Assembly (NCBI GenBank): GCA_046597055.1 | Contig: JBKJLC010000088.1 | Coordinates: forward strand, 1 to 14,868 | Source of the DNA: Kofleriaceae bacterium | GTDB lineage: Bacteria; Myxococcota_A; Polyangia; Haliangiales; Haliangiaceae | Reading direction: 5' to 3' | Length of the DNA stretch: 14,868 nt | Shown: positions 14,027-14,868 of the stretch, piece after piece | Numbering within the stretch: the first letter of the stretch is position 1 | How the letters are laid out: each line of letters begins with the position of its first letter | Made by a program: the position numbers and the translations under genes | The notes under the pieces: model-generated | What the model saw: only the letters and a program-made list of their open reading frames with translations | Told to the model about the DNA's origin: nothing | Database searches by the model: none

Positions 14027-14868
14027 ATGTATCGACTGATCACGCCGTTCATGTGTCTTGGAATCTTCCTGGCTGTCGGCTGCGGGCAGGTGACCACCAG
14101 CCCTGGCGTCGACGGCGGCGGCGGCGGGAATCCCGATGGCCAGGTCGCGATCGATGGGGCGCCCGGCACCGATGCGACGTCCACGCCCGATGCCGCGTCC
14201 GATGCCGATGGGGCGCCCGGCACCGATGCGTCGGTGGCCAGATGCGGTGACGGCACCGTCAACGGCACCGAGACGTGCGACAGCGGGTCGAACAACGGCA
14301 TGTACGGCTTCTGCAACGCGAGCTGCACGGCGCTCGGCCCGCGCTGCGGCGACGGCGTCCCCAACGGCCCCGAGACCTGCGACAGCGGGGCGAATAACGG
14401 CATGTACGGCTTCTGCAACGCGACCTGCAGCGGCGCCGGCCCGCGCTGTGGCGACAGCGTGGTCAACGGCCCGGAGAGCTGCGACAGCGGCGCGAGCAAC
14501 GGCACGTACGGCGCCTGCAACGCGACCTGCAGCGGTGCCGGCCCGCGCTGTGGCGATCGCGTGGTCAACGGCCCGGAGAGCTGCGACGCGGGGACGGTCT
14601 ACAGCAGCAGCATGGCCGCCGGCGTGTGTCGCCCCGACTGCGCGGGCACCGTCCAGCAGCGCGCCCTCGGCATCACGGCGAACCGGGTCGCCCCGGCGCA
14701 AGGCGGCGTGGCCGGCGTCGATGCCCTCTGTCAGGCCGACCTGGGCGCCAGCTACCGTGCGCTGCTCGTGGATGGCACGACCCGCATCGCGTCGGTCAGC
14801 CCGGATCGCGGAGACGGTCAGGTCGGGTGGGTCGTGCAGCCCTTCACGCGCTACGTGAGCCTCGAGAC
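14027..14868 (+). CDS. Secreted lipoprotein with four Myxococcus-type Cys-rich repeats and a DUF1554/endostatin-like domain (partial, runs off right edge; not in the ORF track)
   Basis: My translation from ATG 14027: MYRLITPFMCLGIFLAVGC (lipobox), Asp/Ala/Gly linker, 4x CGD..vNG.E.CD.G.....C...C, then 'GGVAGVDALCQADLGASYRALLVDGTTRIASVSPDRGDGQVGWVVQPFTRY'. Frame is open to the window end. Confidence 0.85.
   Translation, partial: MYRLITPFMCLGIFLAVGCGQVTTSPGVDGGGGGNPDGQVAIDGAPGTDATSTPDAASDADGAPGTDASVARCGDGTVNGTETCDSGSNNGMYGFCNASCTALGPRCGDGVPNGPETCDSGANNGMYGFCNATCSGAGPRCGDSVVNGPESCDSGASNGTYGACNATCSGAGPRCGDRVVNGPESCDAGTVYSSSMAAGVCRPDCAGTVQQRALGITANRVAPAQGGVAGVDALCQADLGASYRALLVDGTTRIASVSPDRGDGQVGWVVQPFTRYVSLE
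14152..14230 (+). repeat. Intragenic 25-bp direct repeat (54-bp period) encoding DGAPGTDA twice
   Basis: CGATGGGGCGCCCGGCACCGATGCG at 14152-14176 and 14206-14230. Confidence 0.7.
14243..14641 (+). repeat. 102-bp (34-aa) tandem repeat, 4 units, Cys-rich
   Basis: Units start at Cys codons 14243, 14345, 14447 and 14549, each with 4 Cys. Units 1-3 are highly similar and unit 4 diverges in its second half. Confidence 0.9.

Noticed and set aside
13873..14568. Upstream part of ORF 13558..14568(-) and ORF 13424..14701(-) with repeated peptides
   Set aside because: Antisense readings of the Cys-rich repeat gene. Only the AraC-like segment below about 13872 looks real.
14243..14641. Regular 102-bp periodic array as a possible CRISPR or RNA array
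   Set aside because: The period is a multiple of 3, there are no unique spacers and no cas genes, and it translates into in-frame Cys-rich protein repeats.
1..14868. Mobile elements, tRNA/rRNA, defence systems
   Set aside because: No transposase, integrase or nuclease motifs, terminal inverted repeats or tRNA/rRNA signatures were recognised.

Overview
High-GC window that looks like myxobacterial (Myxococcota) chromosome, judged from the Myxococcus-type Cys-rich repeats, a Pkn-type Ser/Thr kinase and many lipoproteins. Gene order: N-terminus of a lipoprotein (-, runs off the left edge); DsbA-family thioredoxin lipoprotein (-); a tightly coupled + strand operon of DUF3108-like lipoprotein, sulfatase-like lipoprotein and two PaaI/hotdog thioesterases; an NAD-dependent epimerase-like SDR that has lost its catalytic YxxxK (+); a hairpin; then a - strand block of Pro-rich multi-pass membrane protein, short single-domain L-asparaginase, SlyX, tail-anchored Ser/Thr kinase, LysR regulator and di-heme CcP/MauG-superfamily lipoprotein; a broken AraC remnant (-); and a Cys-rich-repeat plus DUF1554-like lipoprotein (+, runs off the right edge, absent from the ORF track). 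I found no rRNA, tRNA, CRISPR array or transposase. The most notable points are an atypical di-heme enzyme that appears to lack the bridging Trp and the Met/Tyr axial ligand, a probable pseudo-epimerase with a sigma54-like promoter, the kinase-SlyX-short asparaginase-membrane protein cluster, and a recurrent leaderless-promoter layout. All family calls come from motif recognition by eye; no database search was run.
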